Shown here piece by piece: positions 27,701-43,112 of a DNA stretch of 64,000 nt. The position numbers were made by a program, and so were the translations under genes. The stretch is from Trichoplax sp. H2. Lineage: Eukaryota. Numbering within the stretch: position 1 is the first letter of the stretch; each line of letters opens with the position of its first letter. The notes beneath the pieces are model-generated. The model worked only from the letters and a program-made list of their open reading frames with translations. It had not been told where the DNA came from and ran no database searches. Location of the stretch: positions 1 to 64,000 of the forward strand of contig NOWV01000261.1 of the NCBI GenBank assembly GCA_003344405.1, written 5' to 3'.

Positions 27701-30700
27701 ACTATAAATGAATAACATGTTGAGGATATTATTAGGCAGGAGTTTGAACTTCAGATCTATTAAAAGCATTTAACTGAATTTAATTGTAATAAACAATGCT
27801 TAGCTGTTGCTTGGATCTAACTATAGCTTTAGGTTACTACCTTTATACCGAATCATCATGGCCGAGAAAGCCTGGTGAATATGCTGATTTAATGAGCCCT
27901 CCACTAGCTACGGCTTCTAACAGTTCAGTAGTCGAGGTAATATGGAAATAGAGTTAAAAGTATATTGCCAATTAGTAAGAATTCAGGTAATATTAGAATT
28001 GATATTGTTCTTCATATTAAACGGTACCTATATTTTTGTTTAATTCGTGCTATACCAATAGAAACAATGATGAGCAAGATACCTATAAATCTTATGCTAT
28101 AGCATATATACTTTAAAGATCCTAAATTTTGATTAATTTAGTGTAATACCTTAGCATGTTGACTAATTTTATAAACAAAGTAAGAATACTACCCGTACTA
28201 ACTCAGATTGATACTACTTAAATTTGAAAAGAGAAAGTGATTAATTATTAAGATTTATAGAATATATAACGTAAGTTGGTGTCGCCAGATAATAGCAAAA
28301 TAGGTACCGCATTAGTCGCAACGAATGTTGTAATTCAAATAGTGTAATTAACTTATAGCATACTTTACGTAACCGTAAATATTTACTATCACTGTCTCCT
28401 TTACAGTCCGTTATGTGAAATGCTTGCATCAATATTTAAATATCATCATTTTACATTTGATCAACAATTATACCTCTTTATAATGCTCGACTTTAGATTA
28501 AATTTTACTATCATGCATATGGTTCAAGTTTGGGTAAACTTCAGATATATGCAATGTATCCAAGAATTAAGCAATCAATATATCCTATCAAGAATGTTAG
28601 CTTCTATTCTCTTAATTCATGGCGCTCATTTTCTACAACATTTCGCCCACTTCATAATCCATATCGTGTAAGTAATGTAACTTACCAGCATTTATCTTTG
28701 AACATAATCATTAAATAAATAATATGAGTAAATAAATAATGCTTGACTATGGCATGATATTAATAACTTGAATAAAATTGTCTAACTTCAAATATGCTAG
28801 ATAAAATAAAATCATATTTCGATACGAAATCTACAGGAATTCATATGAGATCATTTATTTTCCATGCTGCATAACTAGGTTATTATTCGTGGAGTCGTCG
28901 GATCATCATTTAAAAGCGATATTGCCATCGATGATATCTTCGTCTCTGCAAGTGGTAAATTATAAAAACAATATTATCTAACATTCGTTGTTCGACAAGA
29001 TTATTTAGCAATCAAGTCATACAACTATATTTTGACATACTTTTTGGGTACCTCATAAATAGAGAAGCAGTGCTATACTCGGAATAATGATGTCTATCGA
29101 GGGTCAACTTCTACCACCCAGTCTGGTTTAACATGCCAATCATGGAGTTCACAGTATCCTCATTCTCATCCTTTTACTCCATCAAATTATTCTAACAGCG
29201 ATCTTATATCTAATTATTGTCGAAATCCCGGTGGAGTGCGCAATGGTCCATGGTGCTATACGATCTCTTCCCATCATTCTTGGGAATATTGCAATATACA
29301 ACTTTGCGCTTCTCCACCTAGCAGCACAGCAGAGTACCCTTTAGGGGGTATGTTATGATATACTGGTAGATAATTGAAATAAAGCTAATAATTGCAGTTA
29401 AGGACGCTGCATCTCTAATAATATAGATATTAAAATACATTACGCACTATGAGAAAATTTAAATTGAGTTTCACTAGTAGTTAAAATGAAGAAAATTATC
29501 CTCGAGATCTATGTTAACCAAACATACGCATAGCTTACAAATATAACTCTTTCGAATCATTGTATATAGCTTACTTTACTTTATTATTATCGACGACTTA
29601 ACGATAAATATATTAATTGTTATTGATCACACGTGAGTATAAACACATGGTAAAATATTTTAAATTAAAATTTACCATATTTCATTAACTTGCATACTTA
29701 TATTTCTTACATCTTCATCTCTACGTAGTTCGCTATCCAGTTGCATTAGTTAATTTGGACGATGGTAATCTTAACGTGGGTCGCGTAGTTATTTATCATA
29801 ACGGCAGATGGGGTACTATCTGCAAAACGGGACTATCAAATCAAATTATGGGTCTATTTTGTCAGCAAGCTGGTCTTGGAAACTCAGGCTCTCCACAGAA
29901 TGGTAGGTTGTATCGCATCGTGGCATTTTATCCGTAATTATTAGTAATTTAACCGATAGATTGCAGTATTTCACTGTGATATTCGCATCCACATTCACGT
30001 ATTATATTTTTCACTAAGACCTACTAAATATATTGATTAGTAAGATTGTTAAATAAAATCCTATTTTTACTCGCTTGCTTTCTTTAGGAATCGTTAATAA
30101 TAACCATGGGTTTATGTGGCTAGATAGTAACAGCATTTCGTGTTCATCAAACGCAACTTCCCTCATTCATTGTTTTATGGGACCATGGGGAAGCACTTGC
30201 GGACATACTAACGATCTTTGGCTAATGTGCTCCGGCCCTTCTCCCATACTTCCACGTTAGTAAAGTTTGAAGAGGAGATAAATTGTTACAACTTCTGTCT
30301 TAATATCAAAGCAAACATCTTAAATTCCATGCATAACAGAAAAAATAAATTCCATCAACTATCCGTGTTGATTGCCGTACTTTCTTACTTTAATTTTCTT
30401 TCTAACGCCTCTTCTACCAGCGATTCCGAGTTCATATCAGCTGTCCCTTAGAGGAGGATATAATTATTCTAGTGGCCGAATTGATGTCAATTATAATGGT
30501 CAGCCTGGTATTATGTGCTCCACATCTTGGGATATTTATACTGCAGATGTCGTTTGTCGCCAGCTGGGTTATGTTGGGGCATATTCTTGCAATTGTAAGT
30601 AATTTTTGAATTTCTCTTTATGTACTAAACTTGTTAAGGCGTGATACCTACTATGCGTAATAATGAATATGAAGTACCAACTTGAGCCGCATAATCAAGC

Positions 30701-33303
30701 AAATAAGTTAAACTTTTCTAAACAGCGACAGCAATTTCAAGACCTTCAGGGCTAACTGCAAAAATTAGCTATATAAGATGTAATGGGTATGAACCAACTA
30801 TCGATGGATGTACTATAGCAACCTCTAACTCTATTTGCCAGTCATCAAATATCAACGTTGTATCGTGTAGGCCAGGGAGTCCAAAAACTGGTAAGCAATC
30901 GATAATATTACTTCCTCTAGTAAGCCATTCTAGCGTGATGAAATCTTATACAGATAAATCACTGACTCTAAGCTTAAAGCTATACTCAAATTATCAAATT
31001 GTATTAATATAGTATTTAACCTATATGATTTTGCCATTCAGATAATTATAATGAGCCTGAAGATTGTTCCTTTCAAAACGGATTTTGCGGTTGGACAACA
31101 ATAGGACCTGTAACTTGGATTTGGTACCCTAACGAAGTGGGACATTTCAACCCTTTTTCGACTCCTAGCGGTTAGTCGTAGTCGTAATTGAATATTTTAG
31201 CAATTGAATACCATCCACAGAAATACGCATAGGTATTATGGCTAAGAGTAAACTTCCGCGGAGTTATAATCTTCCGTGATAAAATAAAATATAATTCCTA
31301 ATAATTCAAAAAGCTTAATAATATCTTTCCGTTTTCTTTTTAGATATACCCTTTTTATATGTTTATAGGCCTTCTAGTGGCTCTGCTCCTATCTCAGCTT
31401 TGTTGACTAGTCCATTATTCACCGAAGAATCTTCAGAACAATATGTAATGAAATAGATTATATTTAGACCTCATCAGTAAATATCGTTGATGAAATCCAA
31501 TGTCACTGTTACGAAAAATGAATTGATTAATTATTTCCATAGATAACCTTCGATTACATTGTTACTGGTACAGCCTTTGACTATCTGGAAATTAGTTACA
31601 AGCTAAGTAGCGGAATGGAAAATATTATATATCAACACCGTATAGATACAACGGTATCAACTTGGACTATCGCTTCGACTGACAAGATTGATACCGATGA
31701 AAGTTTCACAGTAAGTTTCACGAAGTTATTTACCCAATTCAAGATAAGATAACTGTCTATAGATTGCATAATATATAAATGAGTACATAAGTTATTTATA
31801 TTCACAACACTTGTACACAGGTAATTTATCCTGCATGTGATCTTAAAATAGCTAAACAATTTTAGGTGTAATGATATAAACTATTAGTTACAGTAGCTTA
31901 TATATAATATAATTTATCCTCTGATTCCAAAAGATTATCATAATTAATTCACTTCGTTTTTGCACATCAAGATTTACTTAAGCATACGGCTACTTTATTC
32001 AGTTTAACTGTAAAAATTTATTTTAAATCATTAGATAAAAATCATGTGCAGATCAGTCAGCACTTCTACGGGATCAGTTGCTTCGGCTATAGGAATTAGG
32101 AGAATAAATTTTCAAGATGAAAATTCTAAACATGGTTAGTATAAAGTGAAACAGCAAGATATACGAAATTATTTTCGCAAGAAGATAGACGTAGCTGCAT
32201 CTATATCCAGTTTTAATATTTGCAGTGATTCTCATCACCTCTATCTATTTAGGACGTTTCCTCAATATCCCTGGTATTGCAGTAGGTTGTGCAATTGGTA
32301 TCATAATTATTATATTTATAATTTTATACGTTTATAAAAGATCTCAGCAAAGGCAATCGGTAAATACTGTGGTTACTCCTTCGAATATACAAAGACAAAC
32401 AACCAGGATTATTAATAGTGAACCATCAAATAGTCGAATTGATACAACAGCAACGAATAACTTAGCATCCACGACTATAAGTAAAAGAGTTATTAATTCG
32501 GCTTCTGCTCCTGTAACTTCAGCCGCCCAATCATCAGGTAAAATCGAATAATTTATTTGCATTTAAAGTTTGCATATACTTTTATTAGTGCTGAGTTATC
32601 AATGGCTCTTATCTGTGACGTTCGCTTTATAATGTATTAGGTTAAATATACTATTTATCTTAGAATTACCTTATACCCGTAACTATACCTAATTTTTTGA
32701 TATATTCCTTTGCATGTTGTATCTGCACATGTAAAATAGTCTGTTCTGAGTTTATGTCATCGCAAATACTAGATAAACCGTGCATCTCTCGCTCCATTTA
32801 CGACAACTTTTCCACCAATAACTTGATATTTACGATAGATAACCCTATAATTAAAACTGTTTAAAACATTGGACTAAACAATTTATGTAATATATACTTT
32901 TAATTTATTAAGGAGTGATTTACCCAGCACCCTGTGGGATTTCTAATTCTGGCAATCGAGTCAATCAATTTGGTTCCAATACTTGCTTCCATAGTAGTGA
33001 GCTACCTCATTCAGTTAACTGTAACGTCAATCCTGTTATGCCATTCCCAATGACCTCAACCGGTATGTTACTGGCTTTCATAGCAATCATCTATTAAGAC
33101 ATTACATTTCTGTTTAATGTAATAAAATGAGAAAGAATTGTTTAATTTTAAATATTGTTTGTCTTGGTAAATATTAATATTATTTTCGTTATCATATTCT
33201 AATAGTTACAGTATCCTTTACCGATCCACCACCAAATTATGAAATAGCCATGCAACAACAAAACAATGAGCACGAGACACAACAGTGCAGTAATCGAACG
33301 TAA
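24783..33303 (+). CDS. Locus E: type-I membrane receptor SP-LRRNT-LRRCT-RxxR-MAM-kringle-SRCR-SRCR-MAM-TM-PPxY tail (~18 exons)
   Basis: Exons: 24783-24982 (CPSACKCRDQEISC); 27160-27383 (NAISC...CSKPSSLAG...RKER); 27538-27687, 27827-27936, ~28498-28667, ~28880-28954 (MAM1); ~29062-29347 (kringle NYCRNPGGVRNGPWCY); ~29729-29903, ~30088-30256, ~30421-30594, ~30726-30890 (2 SRCR); ~31042-32134 (MAM2, 4 exons); ~32253-32537 (TM); ~32913-33062; ~33206-33303 (DPPPNYE, stop). Confidence 0.88.
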
Positions 33304-36127
33304 CTGATTGTAACTATTGCAACAAGAAAATTATTATCAAAAGTGATACTTCGGAAGATTGTGTCAGTCATTATCGCGCAAAATTACAAGAGCATTTTTT
33401 GTCAAGTTAGCAGTCTTTGTTGGCACTAGTGCGAGGAGGAAAATCATGCTAGCATCTAGCGTCAATAACGACGTGAACTGATCGAATACTTATAGCAGAG
33501 TAGAATATAAAACATACAAGCTTAGCGTATAATCGGCAGAATTAACAAACGAAATCGATGCACTGAGATGTTTTTATAACGTAAAAAGTACAGTAGGAGA
33601 AAATTGTTCAAATGCAGATGAGTAATAAGTATCACTCACTTTTATGTTAGGAGTTTTCTGCGGTATAATTGGATTAGAGAATAAATAGAATTCGACTTTG
33701 TAAATATTACGCTGCATATAGATCATGCAAATATGGGGTTATACTACAGTACAAGAGAGATTTCTACTCATGATAGAATATACTGTATATAAAAATGTAC
33801 GCTACAATCTATATCTTGTTATTAAAGTTATACTTTTAAGACATTTTCCTATTCATTAAATATTTTTATGTTCATATGAAACTAAAGATATCTTTATCTG
33901 AAATAATAGTATGTTGATCGCTAGCAATAATCTACGAACGCTCGATTTATGATATTTTCATACATACGATTCTCAATTTTGTCTAATAACTATTGCAAAA
34001 ATTTTTATGCCGAATAGGACAATAAAACACGGAGTTATATGCTGCAAAATTCACTATACTAAACCGTTAAAATGTTATATTAACGCAATTTTATGATTAA
34101 TAGAATTCAGCACAAATACCTTCTAATACATTATTACAGTTTTGACTGTATTTACATTACTATTATGAATCACTTTAAGAATGTTTACTACTTCAAATTA
34201 TGCTAAAGCAATTTAATAGAGCATTTTAAATGCACCTACACGAAAGAATCATAAACAGGTATAGTAGGGTGTGAGACTTTAAAGCTGTAGCCTGTAATAA
34301 CATCTACTGTCTGTTGTCTCGGCTATCTCTATCAATCTATTTACAGCCGAGTATACTACCAAGACAAAATGGAACGAACATGATCATATTTATTTACGAT
34401 TATACCATTTTGTGACATTAGTATGCACTATGTTGGATTTACTAATCTTTATGGCTGTTGTATGCAGTACAATAGTGAACGAGCTTGAAGCGATACCTTA
34501 AAAGCAAAAAGTTAGTTACAGCACTTAAATAGAACTTGAAAATTTTCTTAAAGACTGGCCAATCTCTACAGATTCCATTTTTACCCATATTAACTTTAAA
34601 ATTATATAATCCAATGGATAACAATTTTATCAGAGTCCATTCCGATGAAACTATATTAAATCAAATTCTACTGTGCATATCCTTACTTATCAAATGATTA
34701 TTTCTCTGTAGTGATGCACCCGTATTTGATTATAAGGATAGCTATATTTGATATAGTTAGGTTACTCTAAATAGATATTATAATCGTGAAGCTAATATTA
34801 AATGATTGCTAACTACTACATTAGAAATTGTTGATGACTAATATTAGCCAGTTGACTAAATATGATACAAGATTTATGTGGCTAGAAACACTGTAGTTGT
34901 TAAGATGCCCTTCGGAGAAAGGGGCTACACGATAATAGGAGAGTACAGTGACATCTTAAGTAGAATGATTTCGATTGTAGAAAATAATGATATCCTATTT
35001 GAGAAAAGTATTTTGTTTGATGACACATGCCTGATTGTAGATGAATCAAGTTGCCATGATTGGATTTAATGAAATTTATATAAGAATTACAGGGATGAGC
35101 TCACGAGGGAGAAGAGACTTGACTTCGCTTTGAGTTGGGAATACTTTCGATTTTAGACTAGATTCTTGTCGTAATTCATTATTGCTCTACTATTCCTAAA
35201 ACCTTGTAATAAAAGCCATTTAGAAAACAGCATTTGACTAAGATAGTTATTAAGAGACACTTTTATTACACTCTCTCCAACAAATATGGTGTGAATATCT
35301 TTTAGGCTATTGAGCTGACTGTAATTATAATTTAGCATATGATATTGAAGTATTTTACAAATGAAAGCAGTCTTCTTACAAGGCAGAATATGAAACAAAT
35401 TTTGAAAAGAAATAATATAAATACCGCACCATATCGTGTTGATCATGGACATTTAACTTTGAATTACAATTATTGACGAAAGGCAATAACAGAGTAATTC
35501 TGTAACATCTGTATTCCTGACGATGATTTTTATTTTTAACTTTAGCGTCTATTCTACGTATAAACGAGTTATCTTTAAGAATTAATACCTTTATCAATTT
35601 TCTGTAAGGCATGTATAACATAACAAATATACACTCTATCTCTTCAATCCATGAACAGCTATTTTAATGACTACACTTCTGTGGAACAGAGTATTTCTCT
35701 GTAATTTTACGATATAAATCATGAAGGTTATATTGTCCAATGTACGAGTTATAGATTATAACAGTGTAACGAGATCAAGAATCTGAGATTTTTGAGCTTT
35801 CCTTTCCTTTAGCCTACTTTATTTGGAAGGCCAAGCCAAGCACGATATCATACACACGTTAACGAGACATAAGAAATGTGACAACAAATCAGTTCTAGTA
35901 CGAACGTAACTATAGTATCATATCCTAACAGTACGTGAACATTTCTAGCATGCGATCTTAATCTAGTACATTATACAGTAGATATGATGTAGATAAGCCG
36001 TAACTAGTATTGTACGATATCTAGGATTCCCCACGTTCTATGGCGCGTACACTACAAGGTAACAAGCAGTAGTTTACAGGACAGGCGATGTTACGACAAA
36101 GAGGAAAGTCCCTGATTCTAATTAGCT

Positions 36128-36250
36128 TCGAATAGAAACTTTTCTACTGTCTAAAATGATGCAAATTCATCCAGAACTTTATGAGCTCGTCGAATAGAAA
36201 CTTTACTACTGTCTAAAAAGATGCAAATTCAGCCAGAGCTTTATGAGCTC
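36128..36250. repeat. Direct tandem duplication, period 62 bp
   Basis: tcgaatagaaacttt[t/a]ctactgtctaaaa[t/a]gatgcaaattca[t/g]ccaga[a/g]ctttatgagctc occurs twice. Confidence 0.9.
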
Positions 36251-37395
36251 TGCATTGCACTCATGCGCCAGTTTGAAGCTTGGTTGACCATGACGTCATT
36301 ATTGGCGCGACAGCAATAGTACTTTCCTCTAGAAAGTTGAAGTCCGCTCCCTTTTACAGTACTGTACTGTACTTCGACTAGTTTAGAATGCTTGAGGTCA
36401 AAGATTACAGAATGATCAAAGCAGTTGCTATAAGATGCACAAAATATAGCCCTGCGACGAAGAGTTCATATCCAATGATTGATGATAAAGGATGAAAAAG
36501 GGCAAAATAAAATGTTGAAATTTGCTATTCTAATACACTAATGAATAGTTCAAAAATCTATTTTTAAATTGTGCCTATTGTTTCGACAATCGCCATACAA
36601 TAGGATTCCAGTGGACGGTACGGTACGGCACGGTAACGGTAACGTATTGTTATTCATTACAGATCCAAGGCAAACCGCCCTAGTGCCTGATAACGACCGT
36701 AGTTTCGATTGTTACCATGTGTTTTACATACCCTGTTTCGAGTGAGGCGTTGTGCCTATACTGTACACTCATTTAATGACTGTACTACACACTACACAGT
36801 CTACCATAGTATGGTGGTACTCGTTTTACGTCACTCATTATGTAAACATCCTTTTGCTGCGGCCTGCAATGATGTGGATAGGGTACTAGAGTGTTGCAGA
36901 CAGGAGATAGTAAGCGCTAAGCCTGATATATCGATAATCATCATTAAACGTCCAACAAAACTCTTTCTATTGAAATCATAATTACAATATGATCATGAAG
37001 TTTACTATGGCTAGCTGATGATCATCTTGTTAACGGCAATGCCATGCCCCCTCAAAGCTATATAAGGCGATGTACTTGATATCGACCAGACAAAGTGCTC
37101 TACTGTCGATGGGTATAACATTGAAAGAGAATTTGACAACCTTGTAAATAATTTCATTCTTGACTGGATATCGATTTCGTTTAATAACCATCTAGTGGTA
37201 GTTTAAGTTAATCGATTTATCTTGATTTTGAAGTAGTAGTGGCTTATCTAAAAGTGTTCAACTATTGTAATAGACAGTAGCATCGATATAAATAATAGAA
37301 TAGTCAGGGTTATCTTTTATCCTACATTGCAGTTGCACTAGATTACTGTAGGAATAATTATTGTATAGCTAGGTCAAAAAGCCAAACACTGCAAG

Positions 37396-40300
37396 ATGAT
37401 TGACTTCCGTCAAGACATGATAATGATGTTACTACTATCCTTCCTACTTCTTACATCAAGTATCAATGGGAATCAAGATGGCGATACGAATTTGCACCCA
37501 ATACGTCGTTTTAAAAGATCGGGCTTTAATGTTACATCAGTCTATAACTTTACAGGTATGCAGGCTAAAACGGAATACAAAAAAATTCCCCAGGCTTGCT
37601 GTAGAACGCAATCGTACTAATTATTGCATAATTGGAGCCTTTCACTCTATTGTAAACTAATAGTAGAACATAGATAGTCCATTAAAAATGACAGTAATGT
37701 TAGGGTTCTTGTACGATAAAATACATATGTTACCAATAATTTACTATTATTTACTCTTAAATCGGATTTAAAAAACCTCATTTATAGTTGTACAATAGGA
37801 TAATACGTGTATTTTAACTGTAGGTTAAGTGCATTATTCAAAGATTTCTAACATCGAAATTGTATTTTACTAGTTCCACCGGTTTACTATTCTCACTGCA
37901 GCTTTGATAATGGTACTTGTGGCTGGAATCAATTACAAAACATTGATTTCTTTGATTGGACACGTCTCAATACACGCACTCCTAGTTCTACTACAGGACC
38001 TAATCATGATCATACTCAAGGCAACAGTAAGTGCGAGCTGCCATTAATAGTGCAACGTAGTAGGTACCTATCTTATTCTATCATGTGAAAATAATCGACA
38101 TACTTTCAAGCATTAACTGATTTAATAAATGACTTAAAATAAGTTTCTTACCTATTTTAACTTTAAAACAATGCTTTTCCTTGATTACTTTTAACACAGG
38201 CTCTGGCTATTACATGTATATTGAAGCAACACAGAATAAACATGGCCAATACGCCGATTTAATTAGCCCTCCATTGTTGTTATCAGCTTTTGGCTCTAGT
38301 GTCCAGGTAGGAAATCATTAATAAATCAAGTTAGGATCGACTTAGACGGCAGTAAATGTCTCATTTTTCTATCGTTCAAGATCGAAATTAGGCATAATTT
38401 ACGGTTAAGATGTATCGGAAGGCCAGTTCGTGAAATTTTCTAAAATATTATTTTTGTTAATTAATTTATGTAGGTTTCATTTTACTACTACGCTTATGGT
38501 AACAACTTGGCCGAACTTAGTATCTACGTGATGTATCCGCGATATGAGAGCGCCCCTATATTAATAAAGAATATGACACTAGTTTCTAGACAAGCTTGGA
38601 TATTAGCTGTTATTCCATTTAAACCGAAATATAGCACTTACCGAGTGAGTACTAACCAACCGATTGCAAATACGAATAGAAGATAATGCTAGAGTATCTA
38701 CAACTGACAGTACCAATATGATCAGTATCTTGATTAGAGCCAGTTTTCATGTATAGATTTTCTCACTTAATTACGTAATGAAATTGTATACTTGAAATTA
38801 TTTTGGAAGCCGATATATTACTCTCTCTACAAGCTGATACATATTAGATATTACCGATAATATGCCTATAGTAAGATGACTCACTTGTTGAATAATAAAT
38901 AATATTGACATTATTTAATAGATCTTATTTCGTGGAGTTATTGGCTCTACATACTCTAGCGATATCGCTATTGATGATGTTTCTGTTACTCCTATCGGTG
39001 AGCGACGGTAGTCATAGGTTATTTTGGTGGATACTTTAGCTTCGCAACAAACTAGCCACGCGTTAATTTTTCAATTTTTAATGCTGCAATCACTTCACAG
39101 AAAGGTCTTGCTATACTGGTAATGGCGAATTTTATCATGGAACGATTAGGACAGCTGTTGGGGGACTCTCGTGTGAACCTTGGAGTCTATTCAATACTAC
39201 CTTTAATAATCAAACTGGAAATAATTTTGTTAAAAATTACTGCCGTAACCCTATCGGAATGGTTCGAAATCGGCCTTGGTGCTATACCAACTCGACCACA
39301 GGCCAATGGAAATACTGCAATGTAGAAAAATGTATTCGTCTTCCGATTTCTGGTTCAACCTATCCCCTTGGAAGTTAGTGCATGAGTTATTCACTTAAAG
39401 TTAATATAGACTTGCGAAAGTAATATTTCAATATTTTTACATCCGATGAAATATGTCCATTCGCTCATTTTAAACTTCTTATCTCATATGGCAATCACTA
39501 TTACAACAATTATTGCTCGCACTACTTTACAATGATAGTTGTCACGGACTTGTTATAAGATTAATTTTTGTTTTAAGATCGGGTTCCCATGGCATTCGTA
39601 GCCAATGCACGAGTAATACCTTATTCAGGTCGAGTGGTCGTATATCATGATGGCCAATGGGGCACTATCTGTAATGAAGGTTTAACAGATTTAAAAGTCG
39701 AATTAATGTGCCAAAGCTTCGGTTTTGCAAACTCTGGAATTTCGACATGTACGTTTTATAGCGGCGAAAAGCGATTCTATAACCTATACACTGTAGGCAC
39801 ATTCAATCGCCATAGGGCATAGAAAGTTCGCTGAAACTGTATTACATTAAAATTGAAGAAACTCGCATACTACATCGTAACCCAAATTTTATTTTTGCTG
39901 GTATTTATTTACACAGATAGTGGAAGGAAGAGCAGCGGACTAGTTTGGATAAACGCCTCCAATATCAACTGCGACCCCTCTATGTCAACTATACAAAACT
40001 GTGATTTCAATCCATGGGGTAGCTCCTGTTCAACTGATCTTGATACTTGGCTTATTTGCCGGTCTAAAACAGGTAGCCTATCACATTATGACCGATAAGA
40101 TTTCTACTTTGATATTGTTACTTTCTAAGATACGAGTTTAAATGCAAAAGAAATAGGATTGAGATTCCGCTAGTAAATTATGAAAAATTTGTAGATCTAG
40201 TTAATGATACAGGTCATGTATGATAAAATGGCGGTGATACTGTTTTTTATGTTTCATTAATTCATGAAACACTAACAATCATCGCTTAGTAATTATTTAC

Positions 40301-43112
40301 TGACATTGATTGTTTAAGTTATCTTAATGTCTAACGAGTTATAAGCTGCAAGTGATATAAAATGGTGACGCATTGATACAGGACAACACCGCAATTTATT
40401 AGCCATACACAAAACTATGAAAATTAATGATTTATTTGTATAGAGAGCAGTACCTCTTTTTTGCCTTTGTCATTAGCTCTTTGAATAAGTAACTTGATAT
40501 TCTATGCGTAAAATCAATGACCAATGTTGTATTCTATCCAATAACTACAGTATCGCCATCAACAATTCCTAGAAAGTCATACGATTTAAGTTTGATAAAT
40601 AGAAAAAACACAACGACTGGTATTATCTACGCCAGTACCAGCGAAAATGGGTACCGGCATGGGGTCATCTGTCCTCGATCACGGGATATCAACGATGCTG
40701 ATGTTGCTTGTCGACAGATGGGTTACCTTGGCGCGTATTCTTATTACAGTAAGTGAGAAAATATTGTATAAATACACATGGAAAAGCCGATAAAGATATA
40801 CTGATATGGTTAACTCGTCAATTTTTAATCACCCAATTTCAGTTAACGTCGACAGCACTGCGACACAATCAACGTTGATTAACTCCATCAATTGCAAAGG
40901 CTACGAAAATTCAATCGAATATTGCCAAGTAACGGAACCAACAACCTCCAATACTTGCAACTATAATGATATGTTCGCTGTTTCATGCAGACCTGCACAA
41001 AAATCTTACAGTTAGTACTAGCTTGCGATAAAGTCCAAAATGTTTCTTGTTATCATAAAATCACGGTGCAATATACGAGGAATTATAACGGTGTACTCTT
41101 ATTCTAATATCTAACGGTTTTCTACGGTTACAGCAACCTCAAACAAGCCTTCAAACTGTGAATTTCTTCATGGACAATGTGGATGGAAAGCCAATGGAAA
41201 TCCAACATGGATATGGTATGGTTCTTACCGAAAATATACTCAATTGGATAAATGTAAGATCTATTTATTTATTAATGATGTATCCAGCTAGTATCTGATT
41301 ATCCAATTACGAAGCGACTAATGCGATTATCATGATCTTTGATAGATGAATTTTATATACAATTTATAAAGCCAGCAGGCTACACAAAACCAATAAAAGC
41401 TGTACTAACTAGCCCGTATTTTCAACGAAAACAATACGCAGTTTATGTAAGATCTTGCTATGTCAGCGCTATGGTCGTACCCCTATTCCTAATGAAGATA
41501 AATCTAACTTACTTTCTGTACGAACTTTTTTCAGGTTTCGTATTACTATTATTTAACGAGTAATGACTTTGAGAAAATAACGACAAGATACGGATACAAG
41601 GGATCTGTGTATACTTACAGCGTATACACATTCTATGTACCACGACGAAGTCTATACCGTTGGTATTATTCACGGTCAAGTTACTTCTATCCAAGCCGCG
41701 ACTCATCATTTAAAGTAAATATGCGTACATTGCTACGCTATGAAAAAACATGATTTTAAAACTAGTCGAAAGTCGATTACGACTTACGTTCTGAAAATAA
41801 ACAAAATGCATAACGTACATTAGAATACAGCAATAACAAACTAGTTCAATACGTATCTTTGAAAACACTTGCAATATTGTATTATCCTAAATCTTAAAAT
41901 AGATTGAAATCGTCTGCCAGTCAAAAAGTACGCCTGGAAGTTCATCAGTGGGTGCTATAGGGCTAGATAATCTTTATGTGTATGGCGTAGATGACGAGTC
42001 CGGTAAATTACTTGCAATGTCTTTATATCGATTAAAAATATTTCATTAATAAGGGCTTCTGATTAAGTAAATGGTATAATCAATTTTAGGTTCAGGTCTA
42101 TCTTCAAGTACTGTAGCCCGTATAGTAATTGGCTGCAGCGTAGGCTTTGGAGCATTAATAGTATATGCGATATTCTCTTACGCTGCAAAGAGGAGACGAA
42201 ATCGCGCTGCTAGAAATGTTTCTCGTTCAGCTACGAGCAGATCGCGTAGAAACAATCTATCTTCTAGTGGAATAACTAGGCTAACATCAGATGATAGTAG
42301 TTCAGCTCATGATCCGATGAATTTTAGCTCTCCGGTACCACCACCAAGTACGCATAACCTAACTTTCTAAAATGAAACTTTAAATTTATAGTTATTACAG
42401 TAAGGAAATCTTTATTGCACTATAAAGTCTAGTAAAAATATTCAAGAATCAATATTCTTTAACTAGGTGGTAACCAATTTATGCTAACAAATACTATAAT
42501 TTTAATTATTATGTAAAGTAATCATATAGGTCCTGACCTTACGATACTATTGCATCAATTAAAATATGAAATTTAACTAAGACAATTTTACTTCTCTTAT
42601 TTGAAAAACTCAGGCTATCCATCCGTAGTGAGCGACCAAAATACAGGTAAAATCTTTATAATATATTATTTCTTTATCTATTCCTTTGTATATGATGTTA
42701 CCCATAGATGAAAATGTTACTTGTCTTAAAAGATAGTTAACCTTATAATCTAAACTATTATAATCTTTGTAGGCGATCCAAATACATCCCAAACTTCGGC
42801 CTCAGGTAAAATATCATAGATATGTGAAACAAAATATTATTGGCCACTGATATAATTGCGATTGATTAAATTATTTACTTTACTTAATCAGGAATTGCTA
42901 CAGCTAGTGGAAATTCGCAAAATAATGATTCCAATTATCCAATGAACTCGAGTGCTCAGACACAATATGCAAATCCTGCAGGTATTGATAATAAGAAAGC
43001 GATTATTCCGGAATCCATCTTAATAAAAACTCTAAACTCCTAACGTTATTGAATTTTTCTTTCAGCAAAATTGCCGCCTCCACCATCCTATGATGATTCA
43101 TCATTTATCTAA
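37396..43112 (+). CDS. Locus F: type-I membrane receptor SP-short propeptide-RRFKR-MAM-kringle-SRCR-SRCR-MAM-TM-PPxY tail (~18 exons)
   Basis: Exons: 37396-37555; ~37874-38026, 38200-38307, 38474-38644, 38922-38997 (MAM1, GPNHDHT, IAIDDV); 39101-39373 (kringle NYCRNP, RPWCY); 39578-39748, 39917-40072, 40551-40748, 40843-41010 (2 SRCR); 41134-42002 (MAM2); 42090-42347 (TM IVIGCSVGFGALIVYAIFSYAA-KRRR); 42773-42805, 42892-42981, 43066-43112 (KLPPPPSYDDSSFI*). Confidence 0.88.

Noticed and set aside
34878..35150. Protein-like ORF fragment between E and F
   Set aside because: No recognisable domain, ATG start or consistent splice structure.
36128..36250. Direct repeats as a possible CRISPR-like array
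   Set aside because: Only two adjacent copies with no spacers, in a eukaryotic context.
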